The translations under genes were made by a program, and so were the position numbers. Positions 22,915 through 32,346 of a stretch of 45,408 bases of DNA are shown piece after piece. The stretch is from positions 1-45,408 of the forward strand of contig CAZYCQ010000023.1 of the NCBI GenBank assembly GCA_964645535.1, read 5' to 3'. Source of the stretch: an uncultured archaeon. Lineage in GTDB: Archaea > Asgardarchaeota > Heimdallarchaeia > Heimdallarchaeales > Kariarchaeaceae. Positions within the stretch are counted from its first letter, which is position 1. Each line of letters starts with the position of its first letter. Below the pieces are notes generated by a model. It was not told the origin of the DNA. It made no database searches and saw only the letters and a list, made by a program, of their open reading frames with translations.

Positions 22915-23778
22915 TCAGAGGGTCAGGACAAAAACAGCCCCGACTATCATGATGACCATTCCCAGCAGTCGTTCCTCCACCATTTCATCTAGGTATTTCT
23001 TTGCAAGGAAAGCAGTGACAAATGTTGAAAGAAGTGAGATGGGTTCGGCAACTGTGACCTGTAGGTTTTGGATGGCGATTAGAAGAAAGAGATAACTCCA
23101 ACCATTGGATAGTGATGCAAAAAAAAGGTGTTTAGGTTCGCCTTGGATAATTGCTCTGAGATCGGGAAATCTTGTGCCTCTTACCAGCAGATAGACCAAA
23201 AGAATGGAACCAATGAGAAAGTTGGTCAACCATGCATAGAGGATCTCATTGATAGTTCTGATAATCAATGTGTCAAGTGTCCTTCCAAAAGCAATGAAAA
23301 GTGAGCCCATTATCATCAGCAATGAGGATTTGGATTCCAAGATTGCCTTGATCTTTTCTTTCAGGGATCCTCTATAAAGGAAGAAAAGTCCGATGAACAT
23401 GAGTAGGCCTCCAGCTGCCCGGAACACGGTTACATCATCTCCAAGAAACAATAGACCTAGTATCATCAGCCAAAGAATTGAGGAGTTGTATAATGGAGCG
23501 ACCAATGAGGTATCTCCCAAAGAGATTGCCTTTACATAGGCAAAAAAACCGATCGCATAGGCTGAAGAGCTTAATATAGCCAACAGGAAGGTTTTGAGAG
23601 GAATGTGGTAAGCATTGGAAGGAATGAAGAAGATTACGGGAGAAAGCAAAACACCGGCAATAAGAAAGAAAAGGGATGCAACTCCTACGCTATTATATCG
23701 TTCAAGTTTTTTAAGGAAGATTCGTTCGGTTCCAAGAAGGATAACCCTCAAGGTCAACGCAACATAACCTATGAGCAC
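22915..23778 (-). CDS. EamA/DMT family transporter
   Basis: 287 aa, about 10 TM helices in two repeats, KAISLGDTSLVAPL motif. Confidence 0.9.
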   Translation of the reverse strand: MLIGYVALTLRVILLGTERIFLKKLERYNSVGVASLFFLIAGVLLSPVIFFIPSNAYHIPLKTFLLAILSSSAYAIGFFAYVKAISLGDTSLVAPLYNSSILWLMILGLLFLGDDVTVFRAAGGLLMFIGLFFLYRGSLKEKIKAILESKSSLLMIMGSLFIAFGRTLDTLIIRTINEILYAWLTNFLIGSILLVYLLVRGTRFPDLRAIIQGEPKHLFFASLSNGWSYLFLLIAIQNLQVTVAEPISLLSTFVTAFLAKKYLDEMVEERLLGMVIMIVGAVFVLTL

Positions 23779-24170
23779 GAATTTTCATTCATCTCTTCCA
23801 AAAAAAGGTATTCTGTTAAATTCCCATATGTTATTGCCAAGAGGAACATAATCAAGCAATGTGTTTTTGTAGATTTACAAAATAGAGATGCCATTGCCCA
23901 ATAAAAATTCATTTATCACATAAGTGTCATGAACAATATCGAGAGATAATCTAAAACAAACAATCGGATATCCCGTTGAGAAGAATTTTTACGACTTGAA
24001 ATGGATAAATACTGCGTGCTTAAGCTATTTTATGTCAGGATGCTTTTCTCTAGGGGTATGGTTGGAATATCAGCAGATCCCTTAAACCCACTAGTATAAC
24101 CGGTACACATTGAAAATAATTTGAAGCAGAGAAATTGAAACAGAGAAATGAGGAACTGTGGAAACGGCAT

Positions 24171-24941
24171 TTAGAATCTGAGGGAGAGGCAGGTAAGGGC
24201 ACCATTGCAATATTCGAACTGCGTCATTTCCAAGGACAATGTTTCAAAGCCTTCTGTTTCAAGGATGTTTTTGAGTTTGGGGGCATGACTTGAAAGAAGG
24301 ACAGTACCATTCATGGTCAAGGTATTTGCGCCGTATTCCTCCCCTTTTGGAACTACAATGACATTGAAATTTTGGAGCACAGGGTGTGATGCAAACCGTT
24401 TAGTAGAAACAAATGTATTTTCGCCAATATAGGTGACGTAGCTTTTCAAATGCATTATGTCTGGTGCATCAATTGTCAGGAATTTTTTTCCCAACCACAT
24501 TTCAGCTTGTTTGACTCCTTCGAGATTGGTTCTTAAGCTTAGACCTGAGATCATGGCATCAGGAAGATGGATGACATCACCGCCCTCAATGGTTCCAGGA
24601 GCAACGCATTTTTTTATTTCAAAGAATTCCTGTAAAACATCAACGATGGATTGAGTCTCTTCCATGCGAGAGGAGACCCCCATCCTGGAAATAAACGCAC
24701 GTTTTCCAGAGAGCAGGGCATTATCCTCTACAAAGCAAGAATCAGGAAACTGATTTAATTTTGGGAGGACAATTGTTTCAATGCCAAGATCGTTCAATGC
24801 GTTTTTGTACTGCTCATGTTGGACTTGGGCTTTATGCACATTGACATTGTCATGAAGGGGGTGAGAGGAAAGACAATTCCGGTAAGTGTCAGGAACTTCC
24901 CTGAGAATTGCCTTAGAGAATATCATAATTGGAAGCGGCAT
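24171..24941 (-). CDS. Dimethylarginine dimethylaminohydrolase (amidinotransferase/pentein family)
   Basis: FPDSCFVED, IEGGD, MHLKS and C-terminal GALTCLS motifs give the catalytic Glu/His/Cys. Confidence 0.9.
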   Translation of the reverse strand: MPLPIMIFSKAILREVPDTYRNCLSSHPLHDNVNVHKAQVQHEQYKNALNDLGIETIVLPKLNQFPDSCFVEDNALLSGKRAFISRMGVSSRMEETQSIVDVLQEFFEIKKCVAPGTIEGGDVIHLPDAMISGLSLRTNLEGVKQAEMWLGKKFLTIDAPDIMHLKSYVTYIGENTFVSTKRFASHPVLQNFNVIVVPKGEEYGANTLTMNGTVLLSSHAPKLKNILETEGFETLSLEMTQFEYCNGALTCLSLRF

Positions 24942-25170
24942 AATTTATTCATAAAGGTGTATCTGGAAAATATCAATATTGCCAAATTTGAGACACTTGG
25001 AAAACCAGTTCAAGAAACGGTTGATTTTAAAACGGGAGGTAAGCATTTTCCCTATTTTTTCCGTGTGTGTATTTGTTTGAATGGAGTTGACAAAATAAGC
25101 CTCAATTCTTTCTGAATAGTTTGTCATTTCCTTTCAATAGAATATCCGGGAAATCATGATCAACAAGATG

Positions 25171-25230
25171 GTCAATGATGAAGTGATTGACTATGAGTAA
25201 TTGAGAATGAATTGAACACTGAGTTTTTTT
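25171..25230 (+). ncRNA. Candidate box C/D guide sRNA
   Basis: Intergenic. Box C ATGATGA (25175-81), 11-nt spacer, D'-like ATGA (25193-96), weak C' TTGAGA, 12-nt guide, box D CTGA (25219-22), then a T7 tract. Internal boxes are degenerate and the region is AT-rich. Confidence 0.35.
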
Positions 25231-25276
25231 GAGTAAATGAAATAATATGAGATATAAGAGGATGATTTGAAAAGAG

Positions 25277-25975
25277 ATGGCTCTGAAAATTGTTGTCGAT
25301 AATCGAGAATCAAGAGAGATCATATCGATTTTGGAAAGTCTAGGGGTTGATGTATCCATAATGTCCTTGGATACAGGAGACTATTCTCCCGGCGAAGGAA
25401 TATTTGTCGAAAGAAAAACGGGTCAGGATTTGGTCAATTCACTTATGGACGGAAGATTATTTGAGCAGCTCCATCGGCTGAAAGAAGCTTCAGACATTCC
25501 AATCATGATATTGGAGGATTTTGGTCAGGCATTTTTGAATCCAGAATGGGAGATGAGGAAAAAACCTGTTTTTGGAGCTCTTTCATATCTGACTACAAGG
25601 CTATTTGTCACCATCATTCCCACCAATTCGAAGGAAGAAACGGCAATTTTACTTGAAAGACTATGTTCTTGGTTTCAAGAAGAGAAAACCGATCCCATGT
25701 TGCATTCGAGAGGCGTGAAAAAAAGCATGTCATTTCATCAAAAGCAGGAGTATTTGATTCAAGGACTTCCCGGAATAGGAAACAAAATGTCACAGCTTCT
25801 TTTTGATCATTTCAAGACACCATTCAAGATATTTCAGGCGTTCATGGAAACCGAAGTGATCAGAAGCAAATCAGGCAGGATAAAAGGCTTGAAAGGCCCA
25901 TTGGCAGACATTAAAGGAATTGGTCCCAAAATGGTCTTGACGATACAGGAAATTTTGACAAAGGAAGATCAATAA
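25277..25975 (+). CDS. xpf: ERCC4-domain structure-specific endonuclease (short XPF type) with (HhH)2
   Basis: VVDNRE, GDY and VERKTGQDL nuclease motifs, LPGIG and IKGIG helix-hairpin-helix motifs, no helicase domain. Confidence 0.9.
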   Translation: MALKIVVDNRESREIISILESLGVDVSIMSLDTGDYSPGEGIFVERKTGQDLVNSLMDGRLFEQLHRLKEASDIPIMILEDFGQAFLNPEWEMRKKPVFGALSYLTTRLFVTIIPTNSKEETAILLERLCSWFQEEKTDPMLHSRGVKKSMSFHQKQEYLIQGLPGIGNKMSQLLFDHFKTPFKIFQAFMETEVIRSKSGRIKGLKGPLADIKGIGPKMVLTIQEILTKEDQ

Positions 25976-28269
25976 TCTGGAAGGTTCCAAGCATACAGGA
26001 AAAGTCTTTCTGGAGTCATCGGACTTGTCAATCTGGTCAGTTTGACCTGTCTGAAATTTTGAAGTGCATTGAGCAATGCGAAATAGACACCGATACCATA
26101 CATGAGGGGGGGTTCACCTATTGCCTTTGATTTGAGGATGCCAAATGGTTCGGGTTCCTCAATGAAACGGGTTTCAATGACTTTGGGGACAGACATTATA
26201 TCAGGAATTTTGTAGGTTGACAAGGCATTGGACAACAATCGACCTGAATTATCGAATCTCAAATCCTCCATGGTCATCCATCCAATACCCTGAACAAGTC
26301 CACCTTCTAGTTGTCCCAGATCGATGGATCTATTCATCGAACGACCGACGTCGTGAACCACGGAAACCCTATCGATCTCGTAATTTCCTCGTAACAGATC
26401 GATCGTGACCTCAAAGAAGGCAGTTCCGAAGACATGGTAGGCAAAAGGATGTCCTTTTTCTTTCTTTGGATCGAAATAAATTTCAGGAGTTGCATAAAAC
26501 CCTTTTTCGGAAAGTGAAATTCGGGAAAGATAAGCTTTTTCGATAAGATTCTCCCAAGTAAGTTCGGTTTTGAATCCTTGATGCGTGACGAATCCATCTT
26601 CAAATCCGATATCTTTAGCGTCCATAAGACCGAGAAGGTCAGCAGCGAACTCGACCAATCTTTTCTTCAGTCTTTCACAGGCTAGTTCAGTGGCTTTTCC
26701 GTTCAGGTCGGCAGTGGAACTTGCAGCAGAAGGGGATGTATTGATGATTCGAGTGGTATTTGTGGTTTCGATCTTTACCTTGTCAATAGGAAGGTTGAAG
26801 ACAGCCATTGGTACTTGGGCGATACGGGTATTGACACCTTGTCCCATTTCCACTGCACCGGTGGATATTCCAACACTTCCATCCAAGTAAATGTTAACTA
26901 AAGCCGAAGCTTGGTTAAGTGAGGTCTTGGTAAAGGAGATACCGAAACATATGGGCATGAAGGCATAACCTTTCTTTTTGAGGAAATTTTGCTGGTTGAA
27001 GTTGTTGATTTCTTCAATTCGATCCTGAATGGAAAATTCAGTTTCCAATTGATTCCAAGTTTCACCTGTTTTGGCATTTCTCACTAATTGTCCATAGGGA
27101 AATTCTTGTTCTTCAGAGATGAGATTCTTTTTCTGTATCTCCTCTTTTGGAACATTGAGAACTTGGGAAAGCATCTGGATGGCGCTTTCAATTGCAAACA
27201 TGCCTTGGGGACCACCAAACCCACGGAATGCGGTGTTGGGGGGTAAATTGGTCTTGCATGAGACAGCAGTGGCTTTTACATTCGGTATGAAATATGCATT
27301 AGTGCAATGGAAAAGAGTTCTTTCAAGAACAGCAGGGGAAAGGTCTGCGGCAGCTCCGGCATTCTGGTAGAACATGACCTGATAGCCTTTGATGATTCCA
27401 TCCGGAGTAGCAGCAATTCTGAAATCTACCGAATAAGGATGTCTTTTTCCAGTCATTTTGAGATCTTCATCCCTGTCAAGGATAAGTTTTATGGGTTGAT
27501 TGAGATGAAAAGCTCCCAAAGCAGCCATACAGGCCCACGCAGTTGCTTGGTCTTCCTTCCCGCCAAAACCTCCTCCAAGACGGGTAACATCCACTTCAAC
27601 TTGATGCATTTGCCACCCCAAAATTCTGGCAACTGTTTTCTGGACTGCTGTTGGTCCCTGTGTTGAAGAAATGATGAACATGCCTTTTTCTTTGGGAACT
27701 GCATAGGCACCTTGGGTCTCCAAGTAAAGATGTTCCTGTCCCCCTATTTCACATGAGCCATCGACAATGATCAAGTCAGACTGTTGAAACACTGTCTCGA
27801 CATTCCCTAATTCGAATGTACGTGGTTTCAAAATGATTTTTCCTTTCTTGAAAGCTTCACGGGGATCTGTTACTGGATCCAGTTCCTTTAGATCAATTCT
27901 AATTTTGTTTTTTGCCTTTCTGATTGAAGCTTCAGTTTCACCTACAATGACAGCGATAGATTGTCCTTGAAAATGGACTTCGCGGCTTGCCAATAACTCT
28001 TCATCAGGGACAATTCCCCCAATCTGATTTTCTCCGGGGATATCTTTGGCCAACAAAACCGCCTTGATTCCCTCTTCAGCCAAGGCTTCGGAGATATCGA
28101 TGCTTTCAATGATTCCATGAGCAATAGGTGATCCGAGAACACCGGCAACCAAGGTATCCTTCCTTGTGATGATATCATCCACATATAACGATTTTCCAGT
28201 TACATGACCTTTGGAATCAATGTTTTTGAGGTCTTTTATCTGTTGTTTCAATTCTTCAAGCATGTCCAT
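25969..28269 (-). CDS. xdhB: Xanthine dehydrogenase molybdopterin-binding subunit
   Basis: GGQEHLYLE, RLGGGFGGKE, AFRGFGGPQG, GAVEMGQG and SKAIGEPP motifs. The substrate-binding Glu/Arg and catalytic Glu are retained. Confidence 0.93.
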   Translation of the reverse strand: MDMLEELKQQIKDLKNIDSKGHVTGKSLYVDDIITRKDTLVAGVLGSPIAHGIIESIDISEALAEEGIKAVLLAKDIPGENQIGGIVPDEELLASREVHFQGQSIAVIVGETEASIRKAKNKIRIDLKELDPVTDPREAFKKGKIILKPRTFELGNVETVFQQSDLIIVDGSCEIGGQEHLYLETQGAYAVPKEKGMFIISSTQGPTAVQKTVARILGWQMHQVEVDVTRLGGGFGGKEDQATAWACMAALGAFHLNQPIKLILDRDEDLKMTGKRHPYSVDFRIAATPDGIIKGYQVMFYQNAGAAADLSPAVLERTLFHCTNAYFIPNVKATAVSCKTNLPPNTAFRGFGGPQGMFAIESAIQMLSQVLNVPKEEIQKKNLISEEQEFPYGQLVRNAKTGETWNQLETEFSIQDRIEEINNFNQQNFLKKKGYAFMPICFGISFTKTSLNQASALVNIYLDGSVGISTGAVEMGQGVNTRIAQVPMAVFNLPIDKVKIETTNTTRIINTSPSAASSTADLNGKATELACERLKKRLVEFAADLLGLMDAKDIGFEDGFVTHQGFKTELTWENLIEKAYLSRISLSEKGFYATPEIYFDPKKEKGHPFAYHVFGTAFFEVTIDLLRGNYEIDRVSVVHDVGRSMNRSIDLGQLEGGLVQGIGWMTMEDLRFDNSGRLLSNALSTYKIPDIMSVPKVIETRFIEEPEPFGILKSKAIGEPPLMYGIGVYFALLNALQNFRQVKLTRLTSPMTPERLFLYAWNLPDY

Positions 28270-29722
28270 TTCCTCCTTCCAATATGGAATCCCTCATGAT
28301 CTTGATGGCAAGTTCCTCTGAGATGAGATCCAATTCCATAAAATGCCTGATGAAAAGCGATTTGGCAAGATTTCTCTTGTATATTGCAGACCCCCGGACA
28401 TCATCAATGGGAGAGATTTCACGGTCAAGAATATCTAATGCTTTTTTGAGCACTAATTCGGAAACCCTCTTTCCTTTCAGGTAATTTGAAGTTTGAGTGA
28501 GATAGAGCGGAATAGGCGAGACACCTCCAATCGCAAGCCCCACATATGTCAGGGACAGGTCGGGATCAACAACAATGGAAATTGCGGTATTGACTGAAGC
28601 GATGTCTAGATGGGTTCGTTTAGAGACCTTTTCGAAGTTTGTTCTTAATCCCTTGATTTTCTCGATCTGGACTTCTGTAATTATTTCATGTTCATTGAGG
28701 TCAACATTCCTGTAACTTTTGAAGAAATCACGTAATTTGACAGTTCGTCTTTCACGTCCATGTATCACAAGAGTGGTTTCCATTGTCAAAAAAAGGATTG
28801 AGAGATCGCCAATAGGCGAGGCATTGACGAAGTTTCCGGCAACTGTTGCAATGTTTCTGATCTGTGTACTTGATATGAGTCTGGCAAATTTAACGAAGTT
28901 GGGGATTTCCTCAATGAATACTGAAGAGTTTTCCAGATCAGTCACAGTGGCATTGGCAGGAACAATGATCGCATGTTCCGTTTTGTAAATTCCCATATTA
29001 TTTACTGGAAGGGTGTAAAACACATCCTGTTGGTGTTCAAGAAGAAAATGCCTTTTTTGGACAAAAAGATCCGTTCCTCCTCCGATGATCAGAGGAGCGG
29101 GCAATAAAGGGTAAACTTGTTTACTTTGGCTTTGTAGGATGTGTTGAGTGATTTTAGGGAAATAGTCAGGGACAATTTTTTTGTTCACCAATACTTCCAG
29201 TCGTTCAAGAGGAGACAAATCCTCAATGAAACGCAGTTCCTGTACCAAATGCCTCAACGATCGGATGATGGAGTGGTATCCGGTGCATCGGCATATGTTT
29301 CCATCCACTGCCTTAATTGCCATCTCTTCAGTGATTTTGGTTTCGTTGAGACAGAATGCAGTCATGGAGACAATAAAGCCAACAGTGCAGAAACCGCATT
29401 GTGTTCCTCCATTGTCAACCATCAGCCTCTGAGGAAGTGTCATTCCATCCTTTCGGTTAATTCCTTCAATAGTTACTACATGGCGATTTGCCACATTTCT
29501 CATAGGGGTAAGACAGGAGACAATCTGGCGATATTGGATCGTTTCATTTTCGACATTTCCGATCATGACGGTACAGGCACCGCAATCCCCTTCTCTACAG
29601 CCAATTTTTGTACCTCGCAGATTTTGTCCATACCTCAGGAAATCTAAGAGGGTAAGATTTGGGTTCCCGTTATAGGTTATCTCCTGATCGTTGAGCCAGA
29701 ATCTGAATGAGGATTTGTTCAT
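28256..29722 (-). CDS. xdhA: Xanthine dehydrogenase small subunit (two [2Fe-2S] plus FAD domains)
   Basis: GCREGDCGAC...C, QCGFC, NICRCTGY, GGGTDL and NASPIGD motifs. ATG 29722 is the likely start (ORF track uses TTG 29740). Confidence 0.93.
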   Translation of the reverse strand: MNKSSFRFWLNDQEITYNGNPNLTLLDFLRYGQNLRGTKIGCREGDCGACTVMIGNVENETIQYRQIVSCLTPMRNVANRHVVTIEGINRKDGMTLPQRLMVDNGGTQCGFCTVGFIVSMTAFCLNETKITEEMAIKAVDGNICRCTGYHSIIRSLRHLVQELRFIEDLSPLERLEVLVNKKIVPDYFPKITQHILQSQSKQVYPLLPAPLIIGGGTDLFVQKRHFLLEHQQDVFYTLPVNNMGIYKTEHAIIVPANATVTDLENSSVFIEEIPNFVKFARLISSTQIRNIATVAGNFVNASPIGDLSILFLTMETTLVIHGRERRTVKLRDFFKSYRNVDLNEHEIITEVQIEKIKGLRTNFEKVSKRTHLDIASVNTAISIVVDPDLSLTYVGLAIGGVSPIPLYLTQTSNYLKGKRVSELVLKKALDILDREISPIDDVRGSAIYKRNLAKSLFIRHFMELDLISEELAIKIMRDSILEGGNGHA

Positions 29723-29753
29723 TTCGCTAAATTGGAACAATTCCTTCTAAAAC

Positions 29754-29783
29754 TTGGTGATACGACATGCACGAAATCACCAA
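29754..29783 (-). other. Intergenic stem-loop between xdhC and xdhA
   Basis: TTGGTGAT (29754-61) and ATCACCAA (29776-83) form a perfect 8-bp inverted repeat. Confidence 0.4.
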
Positions 29784-30728
29784 TCATTCACATGAATTCT
29801 TGATGGCAATGATTTGGGCAGCAATACTGACCGCAATCTCTTCGACAGTTTCATCATTTATCGGTAAGCCTATGGGTGCAACCAGTTTTCTGAATTGATC
29901 GGAACCCAATTTTCTTTCAATTTTCGAGAGTTTTGCCTTGGATCCCATCAATCCAACATAAGTAAGGTTTTTTTCCACTAAAGCAGTAGCAACTTCAATA
30001 TCTGTAGCAAGTGAATATGTGCAGATGACTGCAAAATCCCTTGGAGTTGGCAAGATTGTCGAGGCATATTTGCTGAATGAATCAACCACAATTTGGTGAG
30101 CATAAGGATTGGCGAGATGCATCTCCAGATCCCGGTCATCGATGACAATGGTTTTCAATCCAATGAATTTGAGTATTTTGGACACAGCAATTCCCGTATG
30201 CCCTCCTCCAAAAATATGGACAGTAAACGGATAACCAACCAGTTCCTTATAGAGCCAATCATGCTCCATCATGGTAAATTTTGGTTTTCTCCAGGCCTGT
30301 TCAAATTTTCCAATAATGTCAAGAAAGACCCCTTCAGAGTTTACAGAAAGGAATGCAGCGGCATTGTTTTCATAAAGTTCGATTATTTTGGAAATCCAGG
30401 GAATATCTTCATTTTTCAGTTTGAGGAAAATATTATGTTGGGAACCTGCACAATTCAGTCCAGATTTTTTGTCTGGAGGTGCATTTGGATTATGGACATA
30501 TTTTTTCAGAAGGATCTTTGAGCTGAATTTGGGTGGTGTTTCAATAAGGTTTTTTTCAAAAATCGCACCACCAACAGTTCCAACAAATTGTCCATTGCCA
30601 TCAATCAACATTTTGAACCCCGGTTTACCGGGAGAACTTCCTCTCGTTTCGGCAATGATTATCAATATGGGTTGTATCCCTATTCCAATCCATTTGACTG
30701 CCGTTTTCCATAGTTGGAGATCCTTCAT
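29784..30728 (-). CDS. xdhC: XdhC/CoxI family Moco-insertion accessory protein
   Basis: GSSPGKPGFKM, GTVGG, IFGGGH, YVGLMGS and APIGL motifs; adjacent to xdhAB. Confidence 0.92.
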   Translation of the reverse strand: MKDLQLWKTAVKWIGIGIQPILIIIAETRGSSPGKPGFKMLIDGNGQFVGTVGGAIFEKNLIETPPKFSSKILLKKYVHNPNAPPDKKSGLNCAGSQHNIFLKLKNEDIPWISKIIELYENNAAAFLSVNSEGVFLDIIGKFEQAWRKPKFTMMEHDWLYKELVGYPFTVHIFGGGHTGIAVSKILKFIGLKTIVIDDRDLEMHLANPYAHQIVVDSFSKYASTILPTPRDFAVICTYSLATDIEVATALVEKNLTYVGLMGSKAKLSKIERKLGSDQFRKLVAPIGLPINDETVEEIAVSIAAQIIAIKNSCE

Positions 30729-30813
30729 TTCCCTTCTTTTTGTATGACATGCTTTAAATCTTCAGGTGATCTCATTCACAATAGAATTATAGGGAGGTTT
30801 CTGTTGCAATTCA

Positions 30814-31713
30814 TTGAGATTATCCGGTCAAACCAGAGGTTATTTTTTCATTTCAGTTCCCATCTTGGGTTTTGGTATTGCACCAATCCTAATTGACATT
30901 GCATTAGAAACCATTGATGTGTACACCTTCCTTTTTTCAAGGTTTTTCCTTTCTGCCCTTCTTCTTACGCCCATACTTTCATTTGGATATTTGGAGAAGG
31001 TGAAGAGCCTACTGCGAAATAAGTACACTTATTACCTTGCCATCTGCCAAGCTGTTGCCATCGTTTTCCAGTATGTCAGTCAATTGTTTGTCATCCCTTC
31101 CTTTTCGACCATTATAACTAAGTCGTATCTTATCTATGTACCATTCATTGCGCCAGTCATCCTCAAAGAAAGATTTCTCTCAAGGAATGTCATGGTTGCA
31201 GCAGTTGGATTCCTTGGAGTTTTATTGATTTCTGGAGGGACAACACTTGAATTTCATGTACAAACTCTTTTGGGAATTGGGGCAGCTATTGTCTCAAGTT
31301 TGGGATTTGCATTTTATATTGTTTATTCCTCAAGAATGGCCAAAGATGAGGAGGTGGACAATCTTGCACTTCTTCTCATAATTCTCTGGTTTGTGGCATT
31401 GGTTTCTGCCGGATTGATGGGGATCAATTACCGAAATCTTAACCCAATCTTCACCCCCGAGGTATTGACAATTGTAGCAACGTTGATTGTCTTTTCAACC
31501 CTACTTTCTTATCTTGCCTACTTCATGGCTTTAGAGGAAATATCTGCAACAACAGGTTCTGTTTTGCTTCTACTGCAAAACATTCCTCCATTTCTGTCTG
31601 ATGTGATCATTTTTGACAGGAAATTAGGGGGAGATTTCATATTTGGAAGCATCCTAATCATTACTGCTTCAATTGCGTCAGTCTACTACAATCAGATCAG
31701 AGAAAATACATAG
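30814..31713 (+). CDS. EamA/DMT family transporter
   Basis: About 10 TM helices, LFSRF and ILKER motifs, two-repeat structure. Confidence 0.88.
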   Translation: MRLSGQTRGYFFISVPILGFGIAPILIDIALETIDVYTFLFSRFFLSALLLTPILSFGYLEKVKSLLRNKYTYYLAICQAVAIVFQYVSQLFVIPSFSTIITKSYLIYVPFIAPVILKERFLSRNVMVAAVGFLGVLLISGGTTLEFHVQTLLGIGAAIVSSLGFAFYIVYSSRMAKDEEVDNLALLLIILWFVALVSAGLMGINYRNLNPIFTPEVLTIVATLIVFSTLLSYLAYFMALEEISATTGSVLLLLQNIPPFLSDVIIFDRKLGGDFIFGSILIITASIASVYYNQIRENT

Positions 31714-31734
31714 CTAGGGGTATGGGGCTTCCAT

Positions 31735-32202
31735 TCAGGCTTTCTTTTGATATGAGTCTAGACCTTTCATCACTTTGTTTGCAAGCAATATCAAAATTCC
31801 AATCCAGACCAGTGATGTAAGAAATGAAAACATTTTGGATAAAACATCTGTAGCATCGGGCGACAATATTGCTGCAAGAATGCCCAACCCGATGATAAAC
31901 GGCAAATATATCAATAATGGTCTCATGTTTCTCAGCAACAGACCAAATGAATATTCAATAGGTTTGTCTCCCATCAGAATTTTGTCCAGCAATTTTTGAG
32001 CCTCTTTCTTCAAATTATCGTCATCAGTGGTCATGATGAATGCCACCAAATTATCGATTGTGGAGAGGGAGGGGTCAATCTGGAAGGGTCGATATTTCTT
32101 CTCATCAACCAGATCCTGATTAGCTTCTACTTCATTTACGACGGACGATGTGTCAACCTCCATCTGATTGGAGTCTTTTTTGCTTTTATTTGGCATATCC
32201 AA
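31735..32202 (-). CDS. Hypothetical membrane protein (charged N-terminus, two C-terminal TM helices)
   Basis: 155-aa ORF filling the gap between genes, with a protein-like composition. Confidence 0.7.
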   Translation of the reverse strand: MDMPNKSKKDSNQMEVDTSSVVNEVEANQDLVDEKKYRPFQIDPSLSTIDNLVAFIMTTDDDNLKKEAQKLLDKILMGDKPIEYSFGLLLRNMRPLLIYLPFIIGLGILAAILSPDATDVLSKMFSFLTSLVWIGILILLANKVMKGLDSYQKKA

Positions 32203-32346
32203 ATCATTTTACACTACGTTCCTTAAGAGAGTTTCTCCCATTGGCCAAGCGATTCCAATTAATTTTCCTCAAGATTGATCAAAATGATGCATCACTAATT
32301 TTGGAAAGTCTGTCTCTCTATGGGTTGAGCTAAATAGCCAAATTTT

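Noticed and set aside
24030-24170. 46-codon minus-strand ORF (MPFPQFLISLFQ...) starting right after the DDAH stop
   Set aside because: Short, with no recognisable motif, and its composition is explained by T-rich 3' UTR sequence.
24945-25359. ORF-track ORFs 24945-25127 and 25102-25359 on the minus strand
   Set aside because: Atypical composition in an AT-rich divergent intergenic region, and one overlaps xpf. Likely spurious.
24050-31725. 12-bp repeat CTAGGGGTATGG at 24050-24061 and 31714-31725, each near an EamA gene
   Set aside because: Exact 12-mer pairs are expected by chance in 45 kb, the flanks do not extend, and the positions relative to the genes differ.
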